Virus record (IMG/VR): IMGVR_UViG_3300032322_002195
Location: 44,838-108,837 of that record
Direction: 5' to 3' (one strand)
Source of the DNA: a virus
Length of the DNA stretch: 64,000 bases
In this document: positions 39,970-50,957 of the stretch, one piece after another
Layout: each line of letters starts with the position of its first letter
Position numbering within the stretch: position 1 is the stretch's first letter
Notes under the pieces: model-generated
Told to the model about the DNA's origin: nothing
What the model saw: only the letters and a program-made list of their open reading frames with translations
Database searches by the model: none
Program-made: the position numbers and the translations under genes

Positions 39970-42706
39970 TTAATTTGAATCTTCCAAATAAAATTTTACA
40001 AAAGGTTCCATCTTAAATTCCTTTACAAATTCGTATTGTTGGTCTTTTGGGATTACATCCAATAATTCTCTTATTCTTGGTGTATCGTTAATTAAAAAAC
40101 CACCAGTCATAAATTGTTGTCCATCTTTTTCAATAGCTGCTAAACTATTTGTTTTATTGATAGCATTGGCCAACAATATAACTTCTTCATATCCATTTGT
40201 GTCAGGTGTAATGTGTAAAATTTTCATTTGTTTTGATTATTTAATTGATAGGACAAAGATAAGCAAATTAATTTAAACTACCAAATTTATTTCAATCGTC
40301 ATCTCTCTCAAATTGCGATAAAAAATTTTGTACCTTATCGTTTAAATCTTTATGTTCTTTTTTTAATTTAGAATGATAACTTTGATAATAGTTTAAACCA
40401 TCAATAAGAGCTTGTTGTTCGCTTTTGGCATGAATTGCTATATTAAAACCAGCTACGTTATCCCAAAGATAATACCCATCCGTACATTCTGTCAAAATTA
40501 GTCTATCAGTTTTAAATACATTTCTAATTGCTTTTCCCATGATTGATTTTTTGATAGGGCAAAGATAAGTAATTAATTTGAATCTACCAAATAAAATTTG
40601 ATATTATTTTTATTTACTGGGGTTACATAACCTTTTAAATAAATTAATTCATTTTCTATTTTGATTGGAACAAATATTCCACCATTAATATAAACCCTGC
40701 CAACAATCCTATATGGTTTATTTAATTCAATGTTTTCTATTGGTGTTTTGGTTGCCAATAAATAAGCAGCTGTCATACTCATAATTGATTATTTGATAGG
40801 ACAAAGATAAGTAATTAAATTGATATAAACAAAAAAGGGTGAAAATATTTTCACCCAATTTATCATCAATCAAAACGCTTTTATAATGTTGGATATTTTT
40901 CTAGGAATTCGGTATAAACTTCATTAGGATTAATTTCAACGCTGGTATCTTTATATTTCATTACCAAATATTTCACAAAATTAATTTTATGATTGATAAA
41001 TGAATTATCATTGCCAGCAATTATTTCTTGAATATCATTTAAATGTGATGCGATGATTAGAGATACTTTTGCCATGTTGTTTAATTATTTGATAGGACAA
41101 AGATAAGTAATTAATTTAAACTACCAAATTTATTTTTGTGGAATAGTTACTCTTGTTAAGATAAATTCTTCTTGAAAATCTCCATTATCCCATTTGATTT
41201 TTGTTAATTGGAATTGTTCTTCTTTTGGTCTAAGGGAATTCAAGTATTCAACACGACCCATTTTAACACCTTGTGAATTTTTTCCTGAGTGACCAATTCG
41301 GTTAAATTCATTTAATTCCTCTTCGCTTAAGAAATCTAACGTTTTACCATTAACATGACCCAATGAGGTGCTTATTCTAAAATTTTCTATTATCATTTGT
41401 TTTGATTATTGATAAGACAAAGATAAGTATAAAAAACGAAACCACCAAATTTCTTTGATGGTTTCTTTTAAATTAGTTTAAGATTTCTTGAATGCTCGGC
41501 TTATCCAATTCTGCCTTATAATCTGCCAAAATCTTTTCAAATTCGGGAAGACATTCAGCAGCCGTTTTTCCTTTTAAACCATAATAGTCTTTTAAATCTT
41601 TTAGCTTAATTCCTTTGAATTTCATTCCAAGTGAAAGGATTTTAAGATTATAGCGGTGTGTAGCCAATTGATAACCAAAGTAATCTATTTTTTTGTTACC
41701 CATTGAAACACTTGGTGTACTTAATTCACCATTTCTAACTTGTTGTTGTGCTTGTTCGAATTTTGTCATTGTTTTAATTATTGATAGGGCAAAGATAAGT
41801 AAATTAATTTAAACTACCAAATTTTTATTTAGAATTTTTTTTGTCACCCTCAAAGACAAACCCACTGGAAAACCACCATAGAGCCAACCTGAAAGACCAA
41901 TAAATATTTCTACCATGATTACGCCCATTGATATAACATTCATAGGCTTTTTTTACTCTGTATTTTGTAATTTTCATACTGCAAAGATAAGTAAATTAAT
42001 TTAAACTACCAAATTTATTTTTTTCCCACCGCACTACTGATAACTTCTAAATCTGAAATTCGTTCCATTAAGGCATCAATCTCATGTTGCATTTTGTCCT
42101 TATCGTCTTCAAGTTCTACAACCGCTGCGATTAGGTCATCAATCTCATGTTGCATTTTGTCCTTATCGCCTTCAAGTTCTTCAATCTCTGCGATTAGGTC
42201 ATCAATGATGCTTTCAAAATCTCTTTTGGCGATATCAACTCGCCTTGATAAACGTGTATTATCCATTTTAAAATTTGTTATTGATTATTGATAAGGCAAA
42301 GATAAGTAATTATTTTGAATTTACCAAATTTATTTCAAAAAAAAAGGGAGAAATTTCTCCCTTTTATTTAGTATGCACTTGTTGGCATATTTTGATTTTG
42401 TTCGTAGCTTTGGCTTTCCCATTCAGAATCTGGGTTTGTAAGGCTATGGTAGTATTGTTTAAGTTGTTCAGCTATTTTATCTAACTTAACTTGTTGTTTG
42501 TCGGTGCAAGGTTTTCGGTAAGCGTTTATTGTGTTATCCGAACAAACCCTACCAAGCAAACCACCACCTAAGTAATTCTGATAACTTGTCATTTTTTCAC
42601 CCTTAAATCCGAGAGTATCCAAAGATATTTCAATTCCACCACCACGTGAAGTAATTTGTGAACGTAGTGTGATTTTTTCAAAGTCGATTTGTTTTGCTTT
42701 TGCCAT
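39970..42706 (-). CDS. run of small single-promoter hypothetical genes (39970-40227, 40292-40540, 40573-40782, 40881-41075, 41130-41396, 41473-41769, 42015-42266, 42368-42706)
   Basis: each ATG lies ~15-30 nt downstream of its own promoter repeat; 42015-42266 has an internal 63-bp duplication. Confidence 0.75.
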
Positions 42707-42826
42707 TGTTTAATTATTGATAGGGCAAAGATAAGTAATTCATTTTAATCTACCAAATTTATTTTCAAAAAAAAAAAAGGATTGCATTTCTGCAACCCTT
42801 TCTCATCATCAATCAAACAAACTTAT

Positions 42827-43501
42827 TTAACTTTCAGCAACAAGTAGTGTTTTATACTCTTTTTCTGTTAAGTGTCTTGGTGTTTCCAATTCTTTGTAAC
42901 TACCTTTTGGTTTAATCAAAATACAATCACCTTGTCGGATAATCTTTTCAATCTTTCCTTTTGGCACATTCGTTTGAATAGTCCACGCAATACATTGAAT
43001 AGCGTTTACTTTATTTATTTCGTAATTCCAACTATTCTCGTTATTCGTGTTATACACACTACGAGGTTCAACCCAAATAAGATATTCTCTGTCGGTTGAT
43101 GTATCTTTGCATTTCACATAATATGAATTTTGCATTTTTTGCCAACCCTCTAACCCTTCACTAAATACTTCACCACTCACTTCATAAAGTTCATAGGTAT
43201 CATTGAATGTATGTTCAACAACTTCACCATTCTCTGTTACCCAAGTGGTTGATTTTGTCAGCGTTTTTGAACTAAGTAATTTAGGGTTTACTTCTTTAAC
43301 TAACCTATCCAACCCAAAGATAAGCATACCAACCCTTCTTTGTTCCAAATTAGGCAACCCAGCAATTTGTTTAAAAGATAGTGGTTTGATGTCTGCCCAA
43401 ATGTCTTCAAGTTCGGGGAAAGGACAATTTTCGTGTTTCAGTTTAAGTAAACCACACCCTAAATCATAAGGGAATTTTGTGTTGTTGATAACGATTTGCA
43501 T
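42827..43501 (-). CDS. protein resembling the C-terminal part of DUF6745-type proteins, with an RQGD tail
   Basis: NLEQRRV...G.DR, YELY, VKCKDTSTDREYLIWVEP, AIQCIAWT, IIRQGDC. Confidence 0.55.
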   Translation of the reverse strand: MQIVINNTKFPYDLGCGLLKLKHENCPFPELEDIWADIKPLSFKQIAGLPNLEQRRVGMLIFGLDRLVKEVNPKLLSSKTLTKSTTWVTENGEVVEHTFNDTYELYEVSGEVFSEGLEGWQKMQNSYYVKCKDTSTDREYLIWVEPRSVYNTNNENSWNYEINKVNAIQCIAWTIQTNVPKGKIEKIIRQGDCILIKPKGSYKELETPRHLTEKEYKTLLVAES

Positions 43502-43572
43502 ATTGTTTAATTTTTATTTAAGACAAAGATAAGGGGAATTTTTCAATTCCCCAAATATTTTTCTGTTTTTTT

Positions 43573-44211
43573 TTAATCACTATCTCTGTAAATTGTGTAT
43601 TCTCTACTCACCGTCAAAGTAAGGTCATTACCAACAAGCACCAAATCTTCGTTATCTTCATTTGTAGTGAAAACAAACCAATCAGTAGCTTCACCTTCTG
43701 CATCTTCGGGTTCAAAGGCATAGCAAGATTGAATGATTTTTTCTTCCAAACTTTCAACCAATTTTTCTTGTTTGTCAGTTAAGATAAAATCTTTTTTGTA
43801 ATTGATAGTGAAATTACCTTCTTCACCATTGAGGTTATCAACAAATTCAGAAACAAAAGCAGCTTCTTCATCAGTTAATGAAACTTTTGTTTTACCATCA
43901 AATCTTTCACTCCACTCACTTTGAGCATTTTTTATGTAATAAAAATCATCTTCATCTTCATTTAAAGTAATTTCAACGCAACCACTTTCACCTTGATAGT
44001 GTCCGTCTGAATTTACATAAAATTCAACATTGTTGTAAGTTTTTCTGTCAAAATAATCAACCAATTCTTGATTTTCAACCCATTCATTTTCTTTGTCAAA
44101 AATCTCAATGTCGGTATCGCCCATACTATCTCCACCGCAATTAAATTTAAAATTGATGTGGTCAATACCCAACTCTTTCCAAAGTTTTACGATTTTTTCT
44201 GTTTGTTCCAT
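43573..44211 (-). CDS. DUF6878-like acidic protein
   Basis: LGIDHINFKFNCGGDS...GESG.V.I. Confidence 0.55.
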   Translation of the reverse strand: MEQTEKIVKLWKELGIDHINFKFNCGGDSMGDTDIEIFDKENEWVENQELVDYFDRKTYNNVEFYVNSDGHYQGESGCVEITLNEDEDDFYYIKNAQSEWSERFDGKTKVSLTDEEAAFVSEFVDNLNGEEGNFTINYKKDFILTDKQEKLVESLEEKIIQSCYAFEPEDAEGEATDWFVFTTNEDNEDLVLVGNDLTLTVSREYTIYRDSD

Positions 44212-44268
44212 TTTTTATTTGATTTTTAATTTACAGCAAAGATAAACATTATTTTTGAATTACCAAAT

Positions 44269-44664
44269 TTATTGTCTTATTTTTTCCAAAAATTCTTTTG
44301 CGGTTAGTTCCGATTCGGGATTGTCAATGTTTTTAACTCCGTTACACATCCACGCTTGAACTTCCAAATGTTTCAAATAGTCTTGTGGTGTTGGCACAAA
44401 TCTCATTTTAAAATCTTCTGCGATATGCAACATAGCAATATCAACCGTATCAACACTTTTGCCATCGGAATTTACAATGTTATACCCAAAGATTTTAGGT
44501 ATGATAGTGTAAGCAAACCAAGTGTTATGTGTTAATAACCTTGATGAATTGTTATTCATTGTAGCCTTTGGGCTATCAAGTAATTCGTGAATTGGTAAGT
44601 AACATTCAACACTACCACCCCACCTTTTAACCGAACTCTTTGCGTGTATCATTGGATTTGCCAT
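44269..44664 (-). CDS. DUF6915-like protein
   Basis: MANP.IHAKSSVKRWGG...YLPIH..LD.PK...R.LTH...IFG...NSDG...HIAED...VPT.QDYL...WM. Confidence 0.7.
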   Translation of the reverse strand: MANPMIHAKSSVKRWGGSVECYLPIHELLDSPKATMNNNSSRLLTHNTWFAYTIIPKIFGYNIVNSDGKSVDTVDIAMLHIAEDFKMRFVPTPQDYLKHLEVQAWMCNGVKNIDNPESELTAKEFLEKIRQ

Positions 44665-44730
44665 AATTGTTTGTTTATTTGTTATTGATTATGGTGCAAA
44701 GATAATAAATTATTTTGAACTACCAAATTT

Positions 44731-44973
44731 TTATTTAGAATTTTTTAATACCTCTCCAATAGCTATATGCAAATCTTTTAATTGTTCTCTTGTCATATAA
44801 GGTATCATCATTGTATGATAGTACAAATTCCTACGTTCTGAACGACTATCGTGGTCTGGATATAGATTATTATCTTCAATGCTAATATAACCAACATTAC
44901 CAGTTAAACCAACATATATCTTATGCCCATTAGCATAGGTAAATCTTTGTGCAAGTTTTTGTTGTTTTGCCAT
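44731..44973 (-). CDS. hypothetical protein
   Basis: 80-aa ORF in array. Confidence 0.55.
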   Translation of the reverse strand: MAKQQKLAQRFTYANGHKIYVGLTGNVGYISIEDNNLYPDHDSRSERRNLYYHTMMIPYMTREQLKDLHIAIGEVLKNSK

Positions 44974-45060
44974 TTTAAATTACTTTATTTAAAAATAAAA
45001 ATGGGTTGTTTCCAACCCATTTACCCCCCATACTGAATCATCTACTGAAATCCATACTGC

Positions 45061-45327
45061 TTAATCCCAAACTCTACTAATAGTTGCATTAAACGGATTG
45101 TATTCAATTTGTTTCCCAAGAACCCAATTTCCTTGTTCAACTTGCAAACCTTTGTGTTCAGCAAAATTGCCATTAGGTTCTTCGTGTTTCAATACACTAT
45201 TTTCTTTTACAGAAATCTCTGCAAAATCTGTTAGCGTATCTTCCGTTGAAAAGCTACCATATAAGGTATGTTGGTTTGCACCTTCACCTTTTAGGATTGT
45301 CTGTTTTGTTTTTTTACGTTTTGCCAT
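45061..45327 (-). CDS. small His-motif protein of the type that accompanies DUF6745 genes
   Basis: GEG.NQH, LKHEE...EH....G.W....QIEYNP....RVWD. Confidence 0.55.
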   Translation of the reverse strand: MAKRKKTKQTILKGEGANQHTLYGSFSTEDTLTDFAEISVKENSVLKHEEPNGNFAEHKGLQVEQGNWVLGKQIEYNPFNATISRVWD

Positions 45328-45742
45328 TTTGTTTAATTTTATGCAAAGATAAGAAAAAAATTTTAATCTACCAAATTTATTTTGAAATTAATTTAAATAA
45401 ACTCCATCCAATAAAATCTGATAAGCCAGACTCAATTCGTTTGGTCTATTGAGACGCAAATTAAATTCGGTTGAAATCAATTTCAATTGTGGTAAAAGCA
45501 TGGAAAATTTCATTTTACTTTATTTAAAAGTTTCGTAAAGTTTTTGAATTTCAGAACCTGTCAACCATTTAGGTAATCTGTCTTGAGAACCAATAAGGTT
45601 TGATTTTCTTAGGATTTTAATCTGCTCCTCTTGTGTTTTAGCCCTCCACCATTGAAGGGCTAAACTTCTATCTTCGTTGCTAATATTATCCATTTTTTTA
45701 TTATTGAATGCAAAGATAAGTAAATTAATTTAATCTACCAAA

Positions 45743-47692
45743 TTAATTTTCAATTTCTTCAACTGAACAATAATCGGCAATATCCACCAATGGAATTCTA
45801 CCATAATCACGAGAAGAATAATGCCCTTGACTTTCGTAGCGTTTTACGAACTTCTTGATTTCACTTTGGAGTTGGCTTTCAGTATAGGTTAGTTTATCCA
45901 TACGGATATCAAAACCATCAGGTGAAAGAATACGGAATCTTTTTTTCATTTTAATTTATTTTAAATTTAACAAAATGTGATAAGGCATTAACATAATGTT
46001 GGGACTAAACCTCACTTCTTATGTATATTTACTTCGTTATCTCCTTATCACACTATGCAAAGATAGTAATTATTTTGAATCTACCAAATTTATGCGTAAA
46101 TTATTTCACCATTCCATTGTGGGTGTGAATACATTTCGGGGCACAAATAACAATCGTACCCTCTTTCTTCAAGGTCATCAATGTATTGGTCATATTGGTC
46201 AGCCAAGATTTGAACGTGCGTTCCCTTGTCAAATACTCGTACAGGCGATTTGTCGGTCTTATCTTCGTGTGAAGTATCCCAAGTTCCGTTGATAAAGATG
46301 TTGATTAATGTGTTCATGTTTTGATTATTTTGATAGGACAAAGATAGTAATTATTTTGAATCTACCAAATTAATTTGATATTCTTTTTTCTGTTTTAATT
46401 TGTTCAGTTTCATATTGCTCGGCAACAAATAATATTTCTTCCAACACATCCTTTGACAAATTCTCATACGCAACTTCGTAATCGTGTATGCTGTCGCTAC
46501 CCATACTGCTACAATCATATACTCTAACTTCAACTGATTTATAGTTAAAGTATTCTGCCAATGCAATCAAATCACCCATTTCATTTACAACTGGGCTGTT
46601 ACTTGGTTCTACTTCACCGCTACCAAAAGGTTCAAACTCTCTAATAATGGTTTTAATTTGTTTGATGATTGATTTCTTAGTCTTAGCCATGTTTTAATTA
46701 TTTTGATAGGGCAAAGATAGTAATTATTTTGAATCTGCCAAATCTTTTTTCAATTTTTTTATCACATTTAAATCAGCCTCAATCGGACCAGCTACAGCTG
46801 CAATGGAATCCTTAACACTCAAACCCCAAAAATCTTTATTCCAAATTTCAGTACGGAATTTATCAATTACGCTTTCACAAGCTGAAAGACTTTCTTTATC
46901 CAAACCCTTATAAGTTTTGGAAGGCTTTAACCCAAATAGGGTAAAGAAATAATGTTGCTTAACAAGCTTAATTGAATTACGAAAATCCTGTTCCATGATT
47001 TTAATCTAATTTTTCTAAATTCTTATAAAGAAAGATAACTTCATCTTGTTCTTGTTCGGTTAATGAATCCCCAAGAATTTCAAGCTTATCAGCTAATTCT
47101 TGTGATGCTTGACCTTTCTCTTCAATTTCTTGGTTAACCAAATTTTGAAGTTCAATAAATTCTAATGCTTTGCTCATGTTTGATTGATTTGATAAGACAA
47201 AGATAAGAATAAAAAACGAAACCACCAAATTTATTTTGATGGTTTCATTGAATTTTATTTTATTTCATTGGTTTGATAAATCACTCGTTTATATAACTGG
47301 CCTTCATGTCTTGGAGTTGCAACAATCACATCAACGATTTGATATGTTTCATCCTTAGCCAAATAAATAAATTCAGTTAGAACATTACTTTCAACTTTTT
47401 GTTTGCGATTACGATTGTAAAAATCGGTTATGTCAGTTTCAACAATTACAATTTCTGCATCTTCAACAGATACAATAAATCTTGGATTAATTTCAATATT
47501 ACCACCTTCTACCAATAACAATTCCCAAAAACCATTTAATGCCTGTTCCTTATTAATCTTAGTAGTATAATAAGTATCTGTTGAACCACCTAAACCACCA
47601 CCATAACTCACAAGTATTTTTTTAACTTTTTTGGTTCTATGAGATAAAATTCTTGCTGGAGAGCAAGGTACACCAATTTGTATTGTTTTCAT
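45743..47692 (-). CDS. run of small single-promoter hypothetical genes (45743-45949, 46090-~46317, 46370-46690, 46724-46996, 47001-~47177, 47255-47692)
   Basis: promoter repeats upstream of most; several ORF-track starts extend into the promoter and are probably too long. Confidence 0.65.
45976..46052 (-). ncRNA. candidate structured leader/small RNA
   Basis: closing stem TGTGATAAGG/CCTTATCACA directly after the promoter at 46058. Confidence 0.45.
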
Positions 47693-47835
47693 TTTTAATT
47701 ATTTTTTGATAAGGCAAAGATAGTAATTATTTTGAATCTACCAAATTTATTTCAAAAAAAAAAATTATAAATAAAGTAAAATAAATTTGTTTATATCAAT
47801 ATTTTATCTATCTTTGCCCTATCAATTTAAAACAA

Positions 47836-48093
47836 ATGTCAAAACAAACTCAACGTAGCATTAGCGAAATCGCTCTAGAAATTCGCAAAGATTGGAAAGC
47901 AACTTCCAAAAATGGTATCTATTTTGGTGCTAAACCTTATTTAGAAGCTATGGAAATGCTTACCGATAAAACAAGCCGTTATGGTTATGATTCAGCTTCT
48001 AGCATTATAAACTACTTCTTAGCTAATGCTTCAACTTATCGTGGAACCAAAGCAAAAGAATTAAAAGCTGAATTGAAAGCGATAATCAAATAA
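47836..48093 (+). CDS. conserved-looking small phage protein
   Basis: EIRKDW, YFGAKPYL, YFLANA..RG; own + strand promoter and terminator. Confidence 0.7.
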   Translation: MSKQTQRSISEIALEIRKDWKATSKNGIYFGAKPYLEAMEMLTDKTSRYGYDSASSIINYFLANASTYRGTKAKELKAELKAIIK

Positions 48094-48203
48094 AGTAGTA
48101 TAAAATTAAGGCTCCAGATAATCTCTGGAGCTTTTTTATTTTCAGTACTTTTAAATGAATTTGTTTACAGTGATATATTTACTGTAAACTAATTTATTTA
48201 AAC

Positions 48204-48506
48204 ATGGAACAAAAATACTTCTTCGGTTGGGATAATATCAAATGGTTTATCTCAGAAATTTGCAAAATCTATTCATCACAACCTTCTTTCTTTTCTAAGA
48301 AAAGAATTGAATCTGGAATCGCTTTTATTATTGCTCAATGGGGAATGATTTATTTCCTAGTTACTCACTCATCAGCTTTAACGATGGGTGAATTTTTATT
48401 ATGGGCGACCACTGAATTTGCCGTATCAGGTTATATAATCAATCAAATTCAGAAAGAAAAAAAAGAAATCGTTTCGGAAGAAAATCCACAACAACTTAAT
48501 GATTAA
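48204..48506 (+). CDS. two-TM membrane protein (holin-like candidate)
   Basis: FSKKRIESGIAFIIAQWGMIYFL and second hydrophobic segment. Confidence 0.55.
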   Translation: MEQKYFFGWDNIKWFISEICKIYSSQPSFFSKKRIESGIAFIIAQWGMIYFLVTHSSALTMGEFLLWATTEFAVSGYIINQIQKEKKEIVSEENPQQLND

Positions 48507-48557
48507 CGGAGCTTAGCTGAATCCATGTACACAAACGTGTACACCATATAAAATAGC

Positions 48558-49005
48558 CAAACCCCTGTCCACATTTCGGGCTCAGGGGTTGACTTTTTCT
48601 AATAATTGGCCGCATATAAGCTGCCTTCGGTTGTTAATGCGGGCATAGCCGCCCGCTGGCTGAATTAAGAGGTGAGAGCCCACCCCAATCAATCGGCTCA
48701 AACTGATTGAGATGTCACCACTTTTTGGCTCAATGGGATGCCTTCCCACCGACTTACGTCCCTTGGCAGGGAACCTTTTTCGGATGTTTGGGTACACAGT
48801 GCCAATCTGCCTTTCGGGAGGGGCTGATGTCCCATTTTTAATATAAGGTTTGACCGACCTTAGTTAATCCTTTTCAGGGGATACGGATGGTGCATTAGCA
48901 TACATATCACTATGATGTTTTTTGTAATCCTAGGACAGCTACCACAGTCTACATCCTAGGTACTCAACGCTTTTATAACTAATGTGTAAGTTAAGCGTAA
49001 ACTTA
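48558..49005 (-). ncRNA. candidate large structured ncRNA (~450 nt)
   Basis: GC-enriched, no credible ORF, own promoter at 49011-49042, many hairpins. Confidence 0.65.
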
Positions 49006-49061
49006 CAAGACAAAGGTAAGAAATAAATTTGATATTACCAAATTTATTTTCAATTTTTTTG

Positions 49062-49185
49062 CGGTCATAATTGGACTCGAACCAATAAGATGATGCTTAT
49101 ATGTCGTTATTCCTAGCAAATTGGTATTTATCATTTCCAAGTTGCCGCTATCTGATTAATCTCTAGCTTTACGACTAATATGACC
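49062..49185 (-). ncRNA. tRNA-like RNA with ~90-nt non-tRNA central domain
   Basis: acceptor GGTCATA/TATGACC-G, T-arm ATTGG-TTCGAGT-CCAAT; own promoter at ~49212. Confidence 0.65.
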
Positions 49186-49431
49186 AAGTATTAATTTCAA
49201 TGAACGTGAGACAAAGGTAAGAAATAATTTTGATATTACCAAATTTATTTTACCTTTTCAATGGCTGAAGATATTATCGTTCCTAATATAATTAATAATG
49301 ATTGGGTACCGATAATTTTTAAATAAATTTCGTTTTTATCACTCCAAAGAGCAAGTACGGCTATTGGAAACATACTAAGTAATATCAACCCAAGAATAGC
49401 GTTAATAGTTTTTTTCATTTTTTTGTTTTTG

Positions 49432-49505
49432 TGCGCCCTGCTGGGCTCGAACCAGCGACCTATTGATTATGAGTCAATTGCTCTGACCAACTGAGCTAAG
49501 GGCGC
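49432..49505 (-). tRNA. tRNA with CAT anticodon (Ile2-like; Met not excluded)
   Basis: GCGCCCT TA GCTC AGTTGGTCA GAGC A ATTGA CTCATAA TCAAT AGGTC GCTGG TTCGAGC CCAGC AGGGCGC A. Confidence 0.93.
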
Positions 49506-49519
49506 AAATAATTATATCA

Positions 49520-49777
49520 TTATTTACTTTCTTGAATAATAAACTTCCCTTCGATAAGTCCATACTTGGATTTTTCTTGATAAGAATAAACCTCAACTGA
49601 ATCGGTTGATTTCATCGGTTTTGTCAATATCCAAAGTTGGTCATCTTTCCAAGAACAATTCATCAATTTTTGATTTTTTTCTAAGGTAAATGTTTGGGTT
49701 TGTCCATACTTTTTAACCAATACGTTATCGCAACTGGTTAAGGAAATTATTCCAATAAGTAATAATAGTTTTTTCAT
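49520..49777 (-). CDS. small lipoprotein
   Basis: MKKLLLLIGIISLTSC. Confidence 0.7.
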   Translation of the reverse strand: MKKLLLLIGIISLTSCDNVLVKKYGQTQTFTLEKNQKLMNCSWKDDQLWILTKPMKSTDSVEVYSYQEKSKYGLIEGKFIIQESK

Positions 49778-49791
49778 GTTTTATAATTGTT

Positions 49792-50322
49792 TTATTTTTT
49801 ATTTGTTTTATGCCACTTGTCAACGTTTTCCCAATTTAGCATAGCTAATGCACCTAGAAGTGATTTATCACGTGGTTTTTGCAATCTTGCATATGTTTCA
49901 ACATTATCAATCATAACCTGAATGATTTGATGATGCTCAAGTGTTTGAGCCGTTTCAATCGACTTATGTATTTTTATGGTTGCTTTAACAAAATCCATTT
50001 TAATTAGGTTGAATGATAAGACAAAGATAAGCAATTATTTTGAATCTACCAAATTTATTTTTAATTGTAAATGGTCGAATCCTTTTATTTTATTGGTTGG
50101 TAAACCATTACGTTTCCACATCCCACTAATATAACCCTCATGCAAATTTGGTTTGCCCATATAAGGACACTTAACCATACCAACAATAATATTATCCAAA
50201 GGCAACCACCTTAGATTTTTTACTGGATAACCCTCAATGGTTTCTGTTATTTTATTTAATTCCTCTGTTTTCATAAGGCAAAGATAAAAATAAAAAATGA
50301 GATTACCAAATGATAACCCCAT
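49792..50322 (-). CDS. two small single-promoter hypothetical genes
   Basis: likely starts MDFVKAT and MKTEELN downstream of promoter repeats. Confidence 0.6.
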
Positions 50323-50340
50323 TTTTTTTTGAAACTTTTT

Positions 50341-50868
50341 TTACTCGGCAAAGTCAGGTTTTATTTCAGCATACCCGATTGGTTTCTTGCTTTCAACTGA
50401 AATAATATCTCTAGCCCACGTTCCAATGTACTTATTTTCACCTTCAAAGTCACCACCACCCCTGCCGTTTCCTTCGCACGTAAGCAATGGTAGAGGGTGT
50501 ATTTTAGTTCCTTTCCACATAGGGATTTCAGAAACCGAAAACTTATCCACAAATTGCTTTTTGGTGTGGTTTACAATGTAACGTGTTTCAGTTGTGGTAA
50601 ACCTTTCCGTAGGTTTAACTTTTTCTGTGTCCTTGCAACGGCCATACAAATTTGTTTTTCTGCCTTTGCATTCATCGGCATAGTCGCCAGCCCATACAAC
50701 CCTTTGAGGTTTGTTTTTGATTAGGCTTTCAAAGGCACTCACAAAATCATTTCCAATGTCGGAATGTTCCATGAGTTTAAGCCCATTGTCGTATTCGTGT
50801 GAATACATCCAAGATTTTACTGTTTTTTTGTTTTCAGCAAGCAAAATTGGTTTAAAATACTGTCCCAT
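50341..50868 (-). CDS. hypothetical phage protein
   Basis: MGQYF, GLKLMEH, VWAGDYAD, IHPLPLLT..GNGRGGGD. Confidence 0.7.
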   Translation of the reverse strand: MGQYFKPILLAENKKTVKSWMYSHEYDNGLKLMEHSDIGNDFVSAFESLIKNKPQRVVWAGDYADECKGRKTNLYGRCKDTEKVKPTERFTTTETRYIVNHTKKQFVDKFSVSEIPMWKGTKIHPLPLLTCEGNGRGGGDFEGENKYIGTWARDIISVESKKPIGYAEIKPDFAE

Positions 50869-50957
50869 TTTTTTAATTATTTAGTTGATTAGTGATGCAA
50901 AGATAGTAAAAAAAATGACACTACCAAATAGTAGTGCCACTTTTTTTGAAACTTTTT

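Noticed and set aside
48582-48797. 71-aa ORF inside the GC-rich segment
   Set aside because: GTG start, atypical codon usage and dense hairpins; better explained as part of a structured RNA
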